This document shows, piece after piece, positions 10,953-22,226 of a DNA stretch of 55,203 bases. The position numbers and the translations under genes were made by a program. The notes under the pieces are model-generated. The model did not search any database. It was not told where the DNA came from and was given only the letters and a program-made list of their open reading frames with translations. Source of the stretch: Hyphomicrobiales bacterium (GTDB lineage Bacteria > Pseudomonadota > Alphaproteobacteria > Rhizobiales > Rhizobiaceae); NCBI GenBank assembly GCA_038259455.1, contig JBBSOT010000001.1:1-55203 (forward strand), given 5' to 3'. Each line of letters begins with the position of its first letter. The first letter of the stretch is position 1.

Positions 10953-12032
10953 ATGGAAACCAACCGGACGACAATGAACGAAATTCCTGAGCCACCCACC
11001 AAACCGGAATCGGGCGGCACGAAATCCACTTCCGAAGCGGAAGAGGGACCTAGTCCCACCGCGCCCAACGAAGGCGCGGCGGAGCGCAGTTCCCTGCTTG
11101 GAAGGCTTTCAAGCCTTTTCAGACCGCGCAACGGTTCGAACTTGCGTGACGAACTGGCCGATGCGCTTGCAGAGACAGAGACTGCTGGCGAATCCTTTTC
11201 GCCGGGCGAACGGGCCATGCTCCACAACATCCTCAGGCTCCGCGAGGTGCGCGTCGAGGATGTGATGATTCCGCGAGCCGATATCGAAGCTGTCGAGATC
11301 AACACCAAACTTGGCGAGTTGATGGTGGTGTTCGAGCAATCGGGCCATTCCCGGATGCCGGTCTATTCCGAAACGCTCGACGACCCGCGCGGCATGGTCC
11401 ATATCCGTGACGTGCTGGCAAACATCACGAAGGTTGCCAAGGCGCGAAAGGGCAGATCCAGGAAGGCGGCCACATCGGTGACGCTTGACCTGGCCAATGT
11501 CGACCTTTCCAAGACAATCGGCGAACTGAATCTCATCAGAACAGTGCTTTTCGTGCCGCCCTCGATGTTGGCCTCCGACTTGATGGCGCGCATGCAGGCT
11601 GCGCGGACTCAAATGGCTTTGGTCATCGACGAGTACGGCGGAACCGACGGACTTGTCTCGCTGGAAGACATCGTCGAGATGGTTGTGGGCGACATCGAGG
11701 ACGAGCATGACGACGATGAACCGATGATCACCCAGTCCGCAGACGGCGTATTTGTCGTCGATGGAAAGGCAGAAATCGATGAAGTCGCAAAACTGATCGG
11801 TGAGGATTTTGTCGCCGGAGAGCATGGCGACTATGTCGACACGATCGGCGGCATGATCTTCAATACGCTTGGACGCGTCCCAGCGCGTGGCGAAGTTGTC
11901 CAGGCCATACCAGGCTTCGAGTTCCATGTAATCGACGCTGACCCGAGACGGGTAAAGCGGGTTCGGATAGTCAACCTGCTGAAGGCGGAAAGACGCCGCC
12001 GCGCCGCGCGTGCCGACCAGCCCGCGTCATAA
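10953..12032 (+). CDS. corC: CBS-pair / CorC_HlyC domain protein (YbeX/CorC, hemolysin family)
   Basis: 359 aa. A low-complexity N-terminal tail is followed by a CBS pair and a transporter-associated C-terminal domain. Its position between ybeY and lnt matches E. coli. Confidence 0.9.
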   Translation: METNRTTMNEIPEPPTKPESGGTKSTSEAEEGPSPTAPNEGAAERSSLLGRLSSLFRPRNGSNLRDELADALAETETAGESFSPGERAMLHNILRLREVRVEDVMIPRADIEAVEINTKLGELMVVFEQSGHSRMPVYSETLDDPRGMVHIRDVLANITKVAKARKGRSRKAATSVTLDLANVDLSKTIGELNLIRTVLFVPPSMLASDLMARMQAARTQMALVIDEYGGTDGLVSLEDIVEMVVGDIEDEHDDDEPMITQSADGVFVVDGKAEIDEVAKLIGEDFVAGEHGDYVDTIGGMIFNTLGRVPARGEVVQAIPGFEFHVIDADPRRVKRVRIVNLLKAERRRRAARADQPAS

Positions 12033-12149
12033 CCGTTCAGTTCGTTTGGAACAGGCGGGCCATCCTGCTAAAGCTGCTGCGATGATTCGCAAGTCCAGAT
12101 CCGCCGATATCCGGCTTGGATCTGGCAGCAGGTATAAGCGGGATAGCGA

Positions 12150-13739
12150 ATGGAGCGCCTGGCGGGGCGGATAATTCTGCTTTGGGGCTGGCGTCGTGCT
12201 CTAGTGGCCTTTGCTGCCGGCGCGCTCGCCGTGCTGGCCCAGGCACCATACGATTTTTTCGCAGTCGGCTTCATTTCATTTCCCATGCTCGTCTGGCTCC
12301 TGGATGGCACGGCCGAGCAGCACGCAGCCAGTTTCCGGACACGCTTGGCGCCGGCATTCTCCATCGGGTGGTGGTTCGGTTTCGGATATTTCCTGGCCGG
12401 ACTTTGGTGGATAGGCAGCGCGCTACTTGTGGAGGCCGACAGTTTTGCTTGGGCGTTGCCGATCGCAGTCGTCGGCATTCCTGCCGCTCTGGCCTTTTTC
12501 TATGCCTTCGCTGCAGCAATTGCCTGGTTGCTCTGGACCAACAGCATAACGCGCCTGGCCTCGCTCGCCTTCGCCTTCGGACTGGCTGAGTATCTGCGGA
12601 CGTTCTTGTTTACGGGATTTCCATGGAACCCGCTGGGATTTGCGGCAATGCCGACACCGCTTCTGATGCAGAGCGTCAAGGTGGTCGGCGTTACAGGAAT
12701 GAATGTGCTGGCTGTGTTTGTCTTCGCTGTCCCTGCGCTCCTTGTGGCGCGCCGCAATGTGCGCGTCGGCACCATCGTCGCGGCGCTTCTCGTCTCTGCG
12801 CATATCGCGTATGGGTATGTTAGCCTGAACGCGCCGGAGGCCATGGCGACCAGCACGCTTAACGTGCGGATTGTGCAACCGGCGATTGATCTTTCGGAAA
12901 AGTGGGATGAAAGCATTCGCGACAGAATATTCGCGACGACGATGGAACTATCGGCTCTTCCACCTGGAGAAGGGAAAAAATCGCCTCAATTGATTCTCTG
13001 GCCCGAAACATCCGTTCCCTTCCTTTTCACCGACAGGCCAGACGCTCTGGCGGCAATCGGCGAAATGTTGCAACCGGGACAGCTCTTGCTGGCAGGCGCG
13101 GTTCGTGCGGAGGCGGCGAGCGCAGACCGGCCCTCGCTTTACTACAACTCTGTCGTGGCAATCGATGATCGCGGACAAATCGTCGACGCCGTGGACAAGG
13201 TGCATCTGGTTCCGTTCGGCGAGTATTTGCCTTTCTCCTGGCTACTGGCCAAGCTTGGCGTTGAGCAAATGGTTGCGGGGCCGATGAGCTTCGTTGCGGG
13301 CACTGAACGCCATGCGATCGGCTTGCCGGGCGGTATCAAGGCCTTGCCGTTTATCTGCTACGAGATCATTTTCCCGGAGATTGTCGCGGTTGAAGCCACC
13401 TCGCCGACCGTTATCGTCAATGTAACCAACGATGCTTGGTTCGGCGACACCCCGGGCCCGTACCAGCACTTTCGTCAGGCACAGGTCCGGTCTGTGGAAA
13501 ACGGGGTACCCTTGCTGCGAGCAGCCAATACAGGAATTTCCGGGGTCGTGGACGCCCGTGGAAGGGTTGTCGATGCGCTCGCCATAAATGTGCGTGGTGC
13601 CATTGATGTAGATCTTGCTGTTGCCGAGCCAAGCGATCAATCGCTCGCCAGTTCAAAGATCGTAGGACTAGCAATCCTGTTCTTGCTGGGCCTTGTTGTG
13701 GTAATCGGTCGAATTTGGCACAGAATCGACCCGAATTGA
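12150..13739 (+). CDS. lnt: apolipoprotein N-acyltransferase
   Basis: 529 aa with a multi-TM N-terminal half and a nitrilase-like CN-hydrolase domain ([14 protein letters not shown] with the catalytic Cys). Confidence 0.9.
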   Translation: MERLAGRIILLWGWRRALVAFAAGALAVLAQAPYDFFAVGFISFPMLVWLLDGTAEQHAASFRTRLAPAFSIGWWFGFGYFLAGLWWIGSALLVEADSFAWALPIAVVGIPAALAFFYAFAAAIAWLLWTNSITRLASLAFAFGLAEYLRTFLFTGFPWNPLGFAAMPTPLLMQSVKVVGVTGMNVLAVFVFAVPALLVARRNVRVGTIVAALLVSAHIAYGYVSLNAPEAMATSTLNVRIVQPAIDLSEKWDESIRDRIFATTMELSALPPGEGKKSPQLILWPETSVPFLFTDRPDALAAIGEMLQPGQLLLAGAVRAEAASADRPSLYYNSVVAIDDRGQIVDAVDKVHLVPFGEYLPFSWLLAKLGVEQMVAGPMSFVAGTERHAIGLPGGIKALPFICYEIIFPEIVAVEATSPTVIVNVTNDAWFGDTPGPYQHFRQAQVRSVENGVPLLRAANTGISGVVDARGRVVDALAINVRGAIDVDLAVAEPSDQSLASSKIVGLAILFLLGLVVVIGRIWHRIDPN

Positions 13740-13864
13740 CAGTCCGATACAGGGAACTCATACTGATTGACGATGAATCTGGTGTACGGGCAGCAAAATT
13801 CTGCAGCGTGGATTTCGCAGGCGGGCTTAGATGAGGGATCATTCGTCGGAATCGGCCAGGAAAA

Positions 13865-14287
13865 ATGACGGATAGCGAGAACAAGAAAAAGCCAAATCCA
13901 ACGGACATCCATGTTGGAGCCAGAATAAGACTTCGGCGCAATATGCTTGGGATGAGCCAGGAGAAGCTTGGCGAAAGCCTGGGAATAACATTTCAGCAGA
14001 TTCAGAAATACGAGAAAGGCACGAACAGGGTTGGAGCGAGCCGCCTCCAAGCCATCGCCACCATACTCGGCGTCCCGGTTTCGTTTCTGTTCGAAGACCT
14101 CCCTGGCCAAAGTTCAGCCCTTGGCAGCGGATTTGCCGAGGATGCATCGACGGTGCATGCGCTCGAATTCTGCAGCAGTGCTGAAGGACTTCAGCTCAAT
14201 CGCTCATTCGTCAAGATTTCGGACCCCAAGGTCCGCCGCAAAATCATTGAGCTCATCAGGACGCTTTCGTCCGAGAGCGACGGCTGA
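13865..14287 (+). CDS. XRE family helix-turn-helix transcriptional regulator
   Basis: 140 aa. The HTH_3-type motif is IRLRRNMLGMSQEKLGESLGITFQQIQKYEKGTNRVGASRL. The C-terminal ~65 aa have no domain I recognise. Confidence 0.85.
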   Translation: MTDSENKKKPNPTDIHVGARIRLRRNMLGMSQEKLGESLGITFQQIQKYEKGTNRVGASRLQAIATILGVPVSFLFEDLPGQSSALGSGFAEDASTVHALEFCSSAEGLQLNRSFVKISDPKVRRKIIELIRTLSSESDG

Positions 14288-14433
14288 CCAAGTGACGTCT
14301 TCGATTTCCACTCGAATGCGCGCCGTGATGGGTCCGTCGGCCAAACGCAGCTTGACGACTGCGGTACGGCATCGGTAACACGTTCCCCGCCTGAGCCGGC
14401 TTTCGCCGATCAGTCATTCAAGAGGGGACACCC

Positions 14434-15699
14434 GTGGCGCGGCAGAACTATCTTTTCACATCCGAGTCTGTATCCGAAGGTCATCCAGACAAAGTCTGCG
14501 ACCGCATTTCGGACGAAATCGTCGATCTGGTTTACCGCGAAGCGAAAAAGACCGGGATGGACCCCTGGAAAGTACGTGTCGCATGCGAGACCCTTGCGAC
14601 GACCAATCGCGTCGTCATCGCTGGCGAAGTTCGGGTGCCTGACACCCTGCTGAAGAAAGACAAGGCTGGCAACGTCCTGATGGATTCAACGGGGCATCCC
14701 GTGGTCAACCCTTCAAAATTCAAGTCAGCCGCCCGCCGGGCGATCCGCGACATTGGCTACGAGCAGGACGGCTTCCACTGGAAGACGGCGAAGATCGAGG
14801 TTTTGCTGCATGGTCAGTCGCCTGACATCGGTCAGGGTGTAGACAACGCCGCAGACCGTCAGGGGGAGGAAGGCGCTGGCGACCAAGGTATCATGTTCGG
14901 CTATGCGTGTCGTGAAACACCCGACCTGATGCCGGCTCCGATCTACTACAGTCACAAGATTCTCGAGCTGCTCGCAGCGGGCCGGCATTCCGCCCAAGGC
15001 GATGTGGGCAAACTCGGTCCAGATGCGAAGAGCCAGGTAACTGTCCGCTATATCGACGGTAAGGCGGCAGAAGCGACGCAGATAGTCTTGTCGACCCAGC
15101 ACCTGGACGGAAGCTGGGATTCAGCAAAGGTGCGCAAGGTCGTCGAGCCTTTCATCCGCGAGGCTTTGGGTGACCTGAAGATTGCAGATGATTGCAATTG
15201 GTACATCAACCCGACAGGGAAGTTTGTCATCGGTGGCCCGGACGGCGATGCCGGCCTGACCGGTCGCAAGATCATCGTCGACACCTATGGCGGGGCTGCA
15301 CCGCATGGCGGCGGTGCATTCTCCGGCAAGGACACCACCAAGGTCGACCGGTCGGCCGCCTACGCGGCGCGATACCTTGCGAAGAATGTCGTGGCGGCCA
15401 AGCTGGCCGACCGCTGCACGATCCAACTTTCCTATGCCATCGGCGTTGCTCAGCCCTTGTCGGTCTATGTCGATCTTCACGGGACGGGTAAGGTCGATGA
15501 GGCCGTTCTTGAAAGAGCACTGCGCGTTGTGATGGATCTGTCGCCGAGCGGAATCCGCCGTCACCTCGATCTCAACCGGCCGATCTACGCCAAGACGGCT
15601 GCATATGGTCATTTCGGCCGCAAGGCAGGAAGAGACGGCTCTTTTTCATGGGAAAGAACCGATCTGGCAAAGGCGCTCAAGGAAGCCATCATCGACTGA
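14434..15699 (+). CDS. metK: S-adenosylmethionine synthetase
   Basis: 421 aa with a GTG start preceded by AGAGGGGA. Carries the signature motifs GHPDK, GAGDQG and GGGAFSGKD. Confidence 0.97.
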   Translation: MARQNYLFTSESVSEGHPDKVCDRISDEIVDLVYREAKKTGMDPWKVRVACETLATTNRVVIAGEVRVPDTLLKKDKAGNVLMDSTGHPVVNPSKFKSAARRAIRDIGYEQDGFHWKTAKIEVLLHGQSPDIGQGVDNAADRQGEEGAGDQGIMFGYACRETPDLMPAPIYYSHKILELLAAGRHSAQGDVGKLGPDAKSQVTVRYIDGKAAEATQIVLSTQHLDGSWDSAKVRKVVEPFIREALGDLKIADDCNWYINPTGKFVIGGPDGDAGLTGRKIIVDTYGGAAPHGGGAFSGKDTTKVDRSAAYAARYLAKNVVAAKLADRCTIQLSYAIGVAQPLSVYVDLHGTGKVDEAVLERALRVVMDLSPSGIRRHLDLNRPIYAKTAAYGHFGRKAGRDGSFSWERTDLAKALKEAIID

Positions 15700-15713
15700 C
15701 CGGAGGCGATCTC

Positions 15714-16415
15714 GTGACTGTCGAGGGCAGGCGCAGCAGGGCGACTGAGGCGTTTTATGGTCGCCGCAAGGGAAGACCCATGAGCCCCTTGCAGCAGAGC
15801 GCCCTGGAGATGGGCCTGCGTCGCTACGGAATCGACCTGAAGGCGCAGCCGCCCGCCGATATCAGGGAGTTGTTCGACCCCAAAGTTTCGGATGTTCGAC
15901 TTGAGATAGGCTTCGGCGGTGGCGAGCACCTTAATCACGAGGCAGGGACTAACCCGGGCACCGGCTTTATCGGGGTAGAGCCTTTCGTCAATTCCATGGC
16001 TAAATTGATGGGCGTGCTGGCGGCGACACCGATTGGCAATCTTCGCTTGCATGATGACGATGCGACACAGTTGCTTGATTGGCTACCTGACAATTCCCTT
16101 GCAGGGATCGACCTGCTCTATCCCGACCCCTGGCAGAAGAAAAAGCACTGGAAGCGACGTTTCGTCAGTGCGGAGAATCTTGATCGTTTCGCACGTGTGA
16201 TGATGAAGGGTGGCCGCTTCCGCTTCGCCTCCGATATCGACAGTTATGTGAACTGGACGATTCTGGCGTGCCGGGCGCATGGCGCCTTCGAGTGGCAGGC
16301 ATCCGACTCGGACGACTGGAATACGCCCTACGCCGGATGGCCCGGCACGCGCTATGAGGCCAAGGCGTTGCGTGAGGGACGGCGCCCCTGTTACCTGACA
16401 TTCATCCGCAAATGA
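15714..16415 (+). CDS. trmB: tRNA (guanine46-N7)-methyltransferase
   Basis: The track ORF (15648) overlaps the metK 3' end. The homolog-like N-terminus ([15 protein letters not shown]) begins at GTG 15714. The [13 protein letters not shown] motif is typical of TrmB. Confidence 0.9.
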   Translation: MTVEGRRSRATEAFYGRRKGRPMSPLQQSALEMGLRRYGIDLKAQPPADIRELFDPKVSDVRLEIGFGGGEHLNHEAGTNPGTGFIGVEPFVNSMAKLMGVLAATPIGNLRLHDDDATQLLDWLPDNSLAGIDLLYPDPWQKKKHWKRRFVSAENLDRFARVMMKGGRFRFASDIDSYVNWTILACRAHGAFEWQASDSDDWNTPYAGWPGTRYEAKALREGRRPCYLTFIRK

Positions 16416-16481
16416 GCCTCAAAGCTCTATCGTATGACCCTGGCGATCCGGTATAGTGCCCACCCCCGGCCCGACGAAGGG

Positions 16482-16510
16482 CTTGAAAGCACAGGAGGCT
16501 TGGTCTATAT
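16482..16510 (+). promoter_or_regulatory. predicted sigma70-type promoter of the rimP-nusA-infB operon
   Basis: CTTGAA (16482-16487), a 17-nt spacer, then CTATAT (16505-16510). This is a close match to the rhizobial housekeeping promoter consensus CTTGAC-N17-CTATAT. It lies 86 nt upstream of the rimP ATG. Confidence 0.5.
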
Positions 16511-16539
16511 CGGGTTCAAATTCTTGGTCGGTTTGACGA

Positions 16540-16570
16540 AGAGTGGGTCCAGCCGGTCCCGCTCTTTTTT
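16540..16570 (+). terminator. intrinsic terminator-like hairpin in the rimP leader (candidate attenuator)
   Basis: AGAGTGGG (16540-16547) pairs with CCCGCTCT (16558-16565), including one G-U pair. An additional CC/GG pair lies inside the loop. The hairpin is followed directly by a T-run ending at 16570 and lies 26 nt upstream of the rimP start. Confidence 0.55.
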
Positions 16571-16595
16571 GTTAGATGGCCGTAGTGGAGATCCA

Positions 16596-17219
16596 ATGAC
16601 GGCCCTGCCAAACGAAACCTCTGGAGACGACCGCATCGTCCGCGAAAGCGGCATCGATGCGCGTGTCGCTTCAATCGTCCAGCCGGTGCTTCGGGCGATC
16701 GGGTTCCGGCTGGTGCGTGTGCGACTGTCCGGCCAGAACGGCCTCACACTGCAGATCATGGCTGAGCGTGAAGATGGCACCATGACTGTCGAGGATTGCG
16801 AGGAGGTCAGCCGCGCGGTCTCTCCGGCGCTCGATGTTGAGGACCCGGTGGACAAGGCCTACCATCTCGAAGTCTCGTCGCCAGGCATTGACCGTCCTTT
16901 GGTAAGGAAGTCCGACTTCGAGGACTGGAGTGGACATCAGGTTCGGCTGGAGACATCGATCCTTGTGGCTGAGCGTAAGCGCTTCAAGGGCAAGATTGTC
17001 GCCGCCAACGAAGACGCCGTGACGATAGAGCGAGATCAGGCGCCCGAGGGTGCATCGACGAAGATTGATCTGCCTTACGACACCATCGCCGAGGCCAGGC
17101 TCATTCTGACTGATGATCTGATCCGCGATGCCTTGTCGAAAGACAATCAGGCACGCAAGGAAGCCAAGAGACGGTCCGGCGAGCCGGACGACGACGACGA
17201 CACAGAAACGCAGGATTGA
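16596..17219 (+). CDS. rimP: ribosome maturation factor RimP
   Basis: The track ORF starts at 16434, but the RimP-like sequence begins at ATG 16596 (MTALPNE...[24 protein letters not shown]). It has an acidic C-terminal tail and sits immediately upstream of nusA. Confidence 0.9.
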   Translation: MTALPNETSGDDRIVRESGIDARVASIVQPVLRAIGFRLVRVRLSGQNGLTLQIMAEREDGTMTVEDCEEVSRAVSPALDVEDPVDKAYHLEVSSPGIDRPLVRKSDFEDWSGHQVRLETSILVAERKRFKGKIVAANEDAVTIERDQAPEGASTKIDLPYDTIAEARLILTDDLIRDALSKDNQARKEAKRRSGEPDDDDDTETQD

Positions 17220-17271
17220 TCGAACAGCCGTTCCGGTAGGAGCGGAAAAGATGTCCAGGGAGACGACGAAA

Positions 17272-18867
17272 ATGGTTGTTAGCGCCAATAGACTTGAACT
17301 GCTGCAGATCGCCGATGCGGTTGCGCGGGAAAAGTCGATCGACAAGGAAATCGTCATTGAGGCGATGGCCGACGCGATTCAGAAGGCGGCCCGTTCGCGC
17401 TATGGCCAGGAAACCAATATCCGCGCCGATATCAACCCGACAACCGGTGAGATGAAGCTACAGCGGTTGATGGAAGTTGTGGAAACGGTCGAGGAATATA
17501 GCCGGCAGATAGCGCTGTCTTCGGCACGCGAGCGCAATCCGGACGCTGAGGTCGGCGACTTCATCGCCGAGCAGCTGCCGCCGATGGAATTCGGCCGCAT
17601 CGCCGCGCAGTCGGCCAAACAGGTGATCGTGCAAAAGGTGCGCGAAGCCGAGCGCGATCGCCAGTTCGACGAATACAAGGATCGCATTGGCGAGATTGTA
17701 AACGGCACCGTGAAGCGGGTCGAATATGGCAATGTCATCGTTGATCTCGGACGTGGCGAAGCGATCATCCGTCGCGACGAGCTGATATCCCGGGAAAACT
17801 TCAAGTATGGAGACCGAGTGCGCGCCTACGTTTATGATGTTCGCCGCGAACAGCGCGGACCGCAGATTTTCCTTTCGCGCACGCATCCGCAGTTCATGGC
17901 CAAGCTCTTCACCATGGAAGTGCCCGAGATCTACGACGGTATCATCGAGATCAAGTCGGTCGCCCGCGATCCGGGTTCGCGTGCAAAGATCGCCGTCGTA
18001 TCCCGTGACAGTTCGATTGATCCGGTCGGCGCGTGCGTCGGTATGCGTGGATCGCGTGTGCAGGCTGTGGTCGGAGAATTGCAGGGCGAGAAGATCGACA
18101 TCATCCCCTGGTCGCCGTCAGCCGCCTCTTTCATCGTCAATGCGTTGCAGCCGGCAGAGGTCGCGAAGGTTGTGCTTGACGAGGATGCCGAGCGCATCGA
18201 GGTCGTGGTTCCCGACGACCAGTTGTCGCTGGCAATCGGCAGACGCGGACAGAATGTACGCTTGGCTTCACAGTTGACCGGCTGGGATATCGATATCCTG
18301 ACCGAACAGGAAGAGTCCGAGCGGCGCCAGAAGGAATTTGTCGAGCGTTCAACACTCTTCATGGAAGCCCTGGACGTCGATGAGATGGTTGGCCAGGTGT
18401 TGGCCTCGGAAGGCTTCACCAGCGTCGAAGAGGTGGCATTTGTCGAGCAGGACGAGATTGCCTCCATTGACGGTTTCGACGAGGACACAGCAGTCGAGAT
18501 CCAGACGCGTGCTCGTGACTACCTCGAAAAGATCGAGGGCGAGCACGATGCCAAGCGCAAGGAACTCGGCGTTGCGGACGAACTGCGCGAGATCCCGGGC
18601 GTGACCACAGCCATGATGGTGACGCTGGGCGAAGATGGTGTGAAGACGATCGAAGACTTCGCCGGCTACGCCGTTGACGACCTGGTTGGATGGAAGGAAC
18701 GCAAGGACGGCGAGACCAAGTTCTTCCCCGGTGTCGTTGCGGATCATGCAGTTTCCCGCGCTGACGCCGAACAGATGGTTTTGACGGCTCGGCTTAAGGC
18801 CGGCTGGATTACGGAAGACGAAGTCGTTGAGGCGGACGAAGTGCCCGCCGAACCGGCCGGTGCGTGA
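17272..18867 (+). CDS. nusA: transcription termination/antitermination factor NusA
   Basis: The track ORF (17128) overlaps rimP. The conserved N-terminus [21 protein letters not shown] starts at ATG 17272 (alternative ATG 17251). S1, KH1 and KH2 domains and C-terminal acidic repeats are recognisable. Confidence 0.95.
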   Translation: MVVSANRLELLQIADAVAREKSIDKEIVIEAMADAIQKAARSRYGQETNIRADINPTTGEMKLQRLMEVVETVEEYSRQIALSSARERNPDAEVGDFIAEQLPPMEFGRIAAQSAKQVIVQKVREAERDRQFDEYKDRIGEIVNGTVKRVEYGNVIVDLGRGEAIIRRDELISRENFKYGDRVRAYVYDVRREQRGPQIFLSRTHPQFMAKLFTMEVPEIYDGIIEIKSVARDPGSRAKIAVVSRDSSIDPVGACVGMRGSRVQAVVGELQGEKIDIIPWSPSAASFIVNALQPAEVAKVVLDEDAERIEVVVPDDQLSLAIGRRGQNVRLASQLTGWDIDILTEQEESERRQKEFVERSTLFMEALDVDEMVGQVLASEGFTSVEEVAFVEQDEIASIDGFDEDTAVEIQTRARDYLEKIEGEHDAKRKELGVADELREIPGVTTAMMVTLGEDGVKTIEDFAGYAVDDLVGWKERKDGETKFFPGVVADHAVSRADAEQMVLTARLKAGWITEDEVVEADEVPAEPAGA

Positions 18868-18899
18868 CGTGAACCGGCCCGGAGACCGAATTGGAACAG

Positions 18900-19550
18900 A
18901 TGAACGATCGCACATGCATCGTCACGCGCCGGCAATATCAGCCGGGTGAACTGATCCGTTTTGTTCTCGGGCCGGACAGTTCTGTCGTCCCGGACATAAA
19001 GAAAACCTTGCCGGGGCGCGGTTGCTGGGTCAGTGCGGACCGTGAGACCATCGACAAAGCCGCCAAAAAGGGGCATTTCGCACGGGCTTTCAAAGCCGAG
19101 GTCAAGATGCCGCCCGATCTTGGCGCTATGGTCGACAATGTGTTGTCGAAATCTGCGCTCGGCTCACTGGGTTTGGCGCGCAAGGCCGGCATGGTCGCGT
19201 TGGGAGCAACGAAAGTAGAAGCCAGTGTCCGCAGCGGAGCAGGCCTTTTTGTCCTCCATGCGGCAGAGGCTTCGGAAGATGGTCTGCGCAAGATAACGCA
19301 GGCACGGCGTGCCACCGCTTATGCAGGGGGGCCGCACATCGCTGCTTACAAACTTTTTTCGGAAGCCGAATTGGGTTTGGCATTGGGTGGCACAAATGTG
19401 ATACATGCAGCCGTTCTCGCGGGTGACGCGGGAAGAGCGGTTGAAAAGCGCATGGTTGCGCTTGACCGATACCGGGGCGGATCCCCGGACGAACGGGCAA
19501 TGTTTGCGGCGATTGCTGACGAAGTTGATGCCGCAGAGGATATGGAATGA
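18900..19550 (+). CDS. YlxR (DUF448) / L7Ae-like fusion RNA-binding protein
   Basis: The N-terminal motif RTCIVTRR...LPGRGCWV is YlxR-like. The C-terminal half ([23 protein letters not shown]) resembles YlxQ/L7Ae. It lies between nusA and infB, and its stop overlaps the infB ATG. The start is TTG 18891 or ATG 18900. Confidence 0.85.
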   Translation: MNDRTCIVTRRQYQPGELIRFVLGPDSSVVPDIKKTLPGRGCWVSADRETIDKAAKKGHFARAFKAEVKMPPDLGAMVDNVLSKSALGSLGLARKAGMVALGATKVEASVRSGAGLFVLHAAEASEDGLRKITQARRATAYAGGPHIAAYKLFSEAELGLALGGTNVIHAAVLAGDAGRAVEKRMVALDRYRGGSPDERAMFAAIADEVDAAEDME

Positions 19551-22114
19551 GCGATACGAAATCGGATGACGACAAGACATTGAGTGTCCCTGCCAAGAAG
19601 ACACTGACGCTGAAGCGGCCCGGCATGGAGCAGGGCACCGTGCGTCAGAACTTTTCGCACGGGCGCACCAAGTCGGTCGTCGTCGAGACAAAGAAACGCA
19701 AGTTTTCCATTCCTGGCGAGAAGTCTGAATCGACTGCTGCGGCATCTGTCTTCACACCGAAGCCGGCCCCTGCTGCTGCACCCGCGCCGGTAGTTGCCGC
19801 TCCCGCAGCGCCAGAAGCGCCGAAGGCTGCCGCTGAACGTTCAGGCATGGTGCTGAGCGATTTGTCGGCAAGCGAGATCGAAGCACGTCGACTTGCACTC
19901 GAGGGTTCGAAGGTACGCGAAGTAGAGGACAGGCAGCGAGCCATCGAGGATGCCAAGCGGCGCCTGGATGACGAAGAACGGCGTAAGCGCGAGCGCGACG
20001 AGTCGGCCCGTCGTCAGGCCGACGAGGAAGCCCGGCTTCTCGCCGAAGCTGAATCGCGGCGTCGAGCTGAGGAAGAGGCACGGCGCCGTTCACCCAATGC
20101 CGATCTGCCTGGCGCTGATGAAGAAACCGAGACCAAGAGCAAAGGCCTTGTCCGTGGTGCTCCCATCAAGCGCATCGCTACGCCCGAAGTCACGCGTCCG
20201 GCCAAAACAAGAGGTGAAGATGATCGCCGCCGCGGCAAGCTGACGCTTAACACCGCTACTGCGGGTGAAGAAGCGCGCGCCAGATCGCTGTCATCGATGC
20301 GCCGCCGGCAGGAAAAATTCAAGCGCGCCATGCATTCGGAACCGCGCGAGAAGGTAATGCGCGAGGTCATCTTGCCTGAGACGATCACGATTCAGGAACT
20401 CGCGAGCCGCATGTCGGAACGCGCGGTCGATGTCGTGAAATACTTCATGAAAGAAGGCCAGATTCTGAAGCCAGGCGACGTCATAGACGCCGACACTGCC
20501 GAACTCGTTGCTGTTGAATTTGGCCACACGGTTCGCCGCACGGCTGAGTCCGACATCGAAGAGGGCATGTTCAATGTTGAGGATCGGCCCGAAGATCTGC
20601 AGTCGCGGCCTCCGGTCGTCACCATCATGGGCCATGTCGATCACGGCAAGACGTCTCTTCTCGACGCCATAAGAAACGCCAATGTCGTCTCCGGCGAGGC
20701 GGGCGGCATCACGCAGCATATCGGCGCCTATCAGGTCGAAAAGAACGGTCAGAAGATAACCTTCATCGATACGCCAGGCCACGCTGCCTTCACAGCGATG
20801 CGTGCACGCGGCGCCCAGTCGACCGACATAGCAATTCTGGTTGTGGCCGCTGATGACAGCGTCATGCCACAGACGATCGAGTCGATCAGCCATGCCAAGG
20901 CTGCGGGCGTTCCAATCATCGTCGCCATCAACAAGATCGACAAGCCGCAGGCCGACGCGCAGAAGGTTCGTGCCGAACTTCTGCGCCACGAGGTCTTCGT
21001 CGAGTCGATGGGTGGCGAGGTGCTCGACGTCGAGGTGTCTGCAACAAAAGGCACCAATCTGGACAAGTTGCTCGAGGCGATCCTTCTGCAGGCCGAACTG
21101 CTCGACCTCAAGGCCAATCCAGACCGGACGGCAGAAGGCGTTGTGATCGAAGCGAAGCTCGACAAGGGCAGAGGTGCGGTGGCAACCATCCTGGTTCAGA
21201 CCGGCACGTTGATGATCGGTGACATCATCGTGGCAGGCGCCGAATGGGGCCGCGTCCGTGCGCTGATCAACGATCGCGGCGAGCAGCTGAAGGAAGCGCT
21301 GCCGGCGACGCCCGTCGAGGTTCTGGGTCTGGCTGGAACGCCTCTCGCAGGCGAGCGCTTCGCAGTGGTCAACAACGAAGCCAGGGCCCGCGAGATCACG
21401 GATTATCGTCAGCGGCTTGCCAGGGACAAGGCAGTCGCAAAGCATGCCGTGCAGCGCGGTTCGCTCGAGCAGATGATGTCACAGTTGCAGGCAAGCGGGC
21501 TGAAGGAATTCCCGCTGGTCATCAAGGGCGACGTACAGGGTTCGATCGAAGCAATTGTGGCTGCTCTGGACAGTCTCGGCACCGATGAGGTCCGCGCCAG
21601 GATAGTTCATGCAGGCGCAGGCGGCATTACAGAGAGTGACGTTTCGCTCGCCGAGACCTCTGGAGCGGCGATGATCGGCTTCAACGTCCGAGCCAACCCA
21701 CAGGCTCGTGCTGCGGCCGAAGCGGCGGGAATTGAGATTCGCTACTACAACATCATCTACAATCTCGTTGATGACGTTAAGGCAGCGATGTCTGGTTTGC
21801 TTTCGCCGGAGCGTCGCGAGACCTTCATCGGCAACGCGGAAATTCTCGAGATCTTCGATATTACAAAGGTCGGGAAGATTGCCGGTTGCCGGGTCACGGA
21901 AGGCAAAGTCGAACGCGGTGCGGGCGTCCGCCTGATCCGCGACGATATTGTTATCCACGAAGGCACGCTCAAGACCCTGAAGCGCTTCAAGGACGAAGTC
22001 GCCGAAGTTCCAGGTGGGCAGGAGTGTGGCATGGCTTTCGCAGGCTACGAAGACATGCGCGTTGGCGACATCATCGAGTGCTTCCGCGTCGAGATGATCA
22101 CGCGTTCGCTTTAG
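19547..22114 (+). CDS. infB: translation initiation factor IF-2
   Basis: 855 aa. It has a charged Ala/Glu/Arg-rich N-terminal region and GTPase motifs [13 protein letters not shown] and NKID. Confidence 0.97.
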   Translation: MSDTKSDDDKTLSVPAKKTLTLKRPGMEQGTVRQNFSHGRTKSVVVETKKRKFSIPGEKSESTAAASVFTPKPAPAAAPAPVVAAPAAPEAPKAAAERSGMVLSDLSASEIEARRLALEGSKVREVEDRQRAIEDAKRRLDDEERRKRERDESARRQADEEARLLAEAESRRRAEEEARRRSPNADLPGADEETETKSKGLVRGAPIKRIATPEVTRPAKTRGEDDRRRGKLTLNTATAGEEARARSLSSMRRRQEKFKRAMHSEPREKVMREVILPETITIQELASRMSERAVDVVKYFMKEGQILKPGDVIDADTAELVAVEFGHTVRRTAESDIEEGMFNVEDRPEDLQSRPPVVTIMGHVDHGKTSLLDAIRNANVVSGEAGGITQHIGAYQVEKNGQKITFIDTPGHAAFTAMRARGAQSTDIAILVVAADDSVMPQTIESISHAKAAGVPIIVAINKIDKPQADAQKVRAELLRHEVFVESMGGEVLDVEVSATKGTNLDKLLEAILLQAELLDLKANPDRTAEGVVIEAKLDKGRGAVATILVQTGTLMIGDIIVAGAEWGRVRALINDRGEQLKEALPATPVEVLGLAGTPLAGERFAVVNNEARAREITDYRQRLARDKAVAKHAVQRGSLEQMMSQLQASGLKEFPLVIKGDVQGSIEAIVAALDSLGTDEVRARIVHAGAGGITESDVSLAETSGAAMIGFNVRANPQARAAAEAAGIEIRYYNIIYNLVDDVKAAMSGLLSPERRETFIGNAEILEIFDITKVGKIAGCRVTEGKVERGAGVRLIRDDIVIHEGTLKTLKRFKDEVAEVPGGQECGMAFAGYEDMRVGDIIECFRVEMITRSL

Positions 22115-22176
22115 GCTGCGCCACGGCGAGCTAAATCCGGATGGCGCCAATCGGTCGCCATCCGACACGTTTGAGA

Positions 22177-22214
22177 CGTGCGGCGCGGTTTGATCCCGCG
22201 CTGCATGCTTTTTT
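22177..22214 (+). terminator. terminator-like hairpin between infB and rbfA (probable partial or internal terminator)
   Basis: A stem of about 12 bp (22177-22188 with 22196-22208, including G-U pairs) is followed by TTTTTT (22209-22214). A second 8-bp hairpin, GGATGGCG/CGCCATCC, lies at about 22139-22163. Confidence 0.45.
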
Positions 22215-22226
22215 GGAAACAAACCA

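Noticed and set aside
14288-14433. SAM riboswitch upstream of metK
   Set aside because: I could not recognise a SAM-II, SAM-V or SAM-SAH-like pseudoknot or any convincing conserved stem in the 146-nt spacer. An Infernal scan would be needed to exclude one, and there is no positive evidence.
20291-21445. 384-aa ORF antisense to infB. Similar long antisense ORFs occur at 6812..7708, 7784..8797, 10029..10817, 11109..11927, 24217..24966, 49026..49844 and 50636..51421.
   Set aside because: All lie entirely inside well-supported conserved genes on the other strand. They have Arg/Ala/Pro/Gly-rich, low-complexity translations with no recognisable motifs. They are the expected stop-poor shadow frames of a GC-rich genome.
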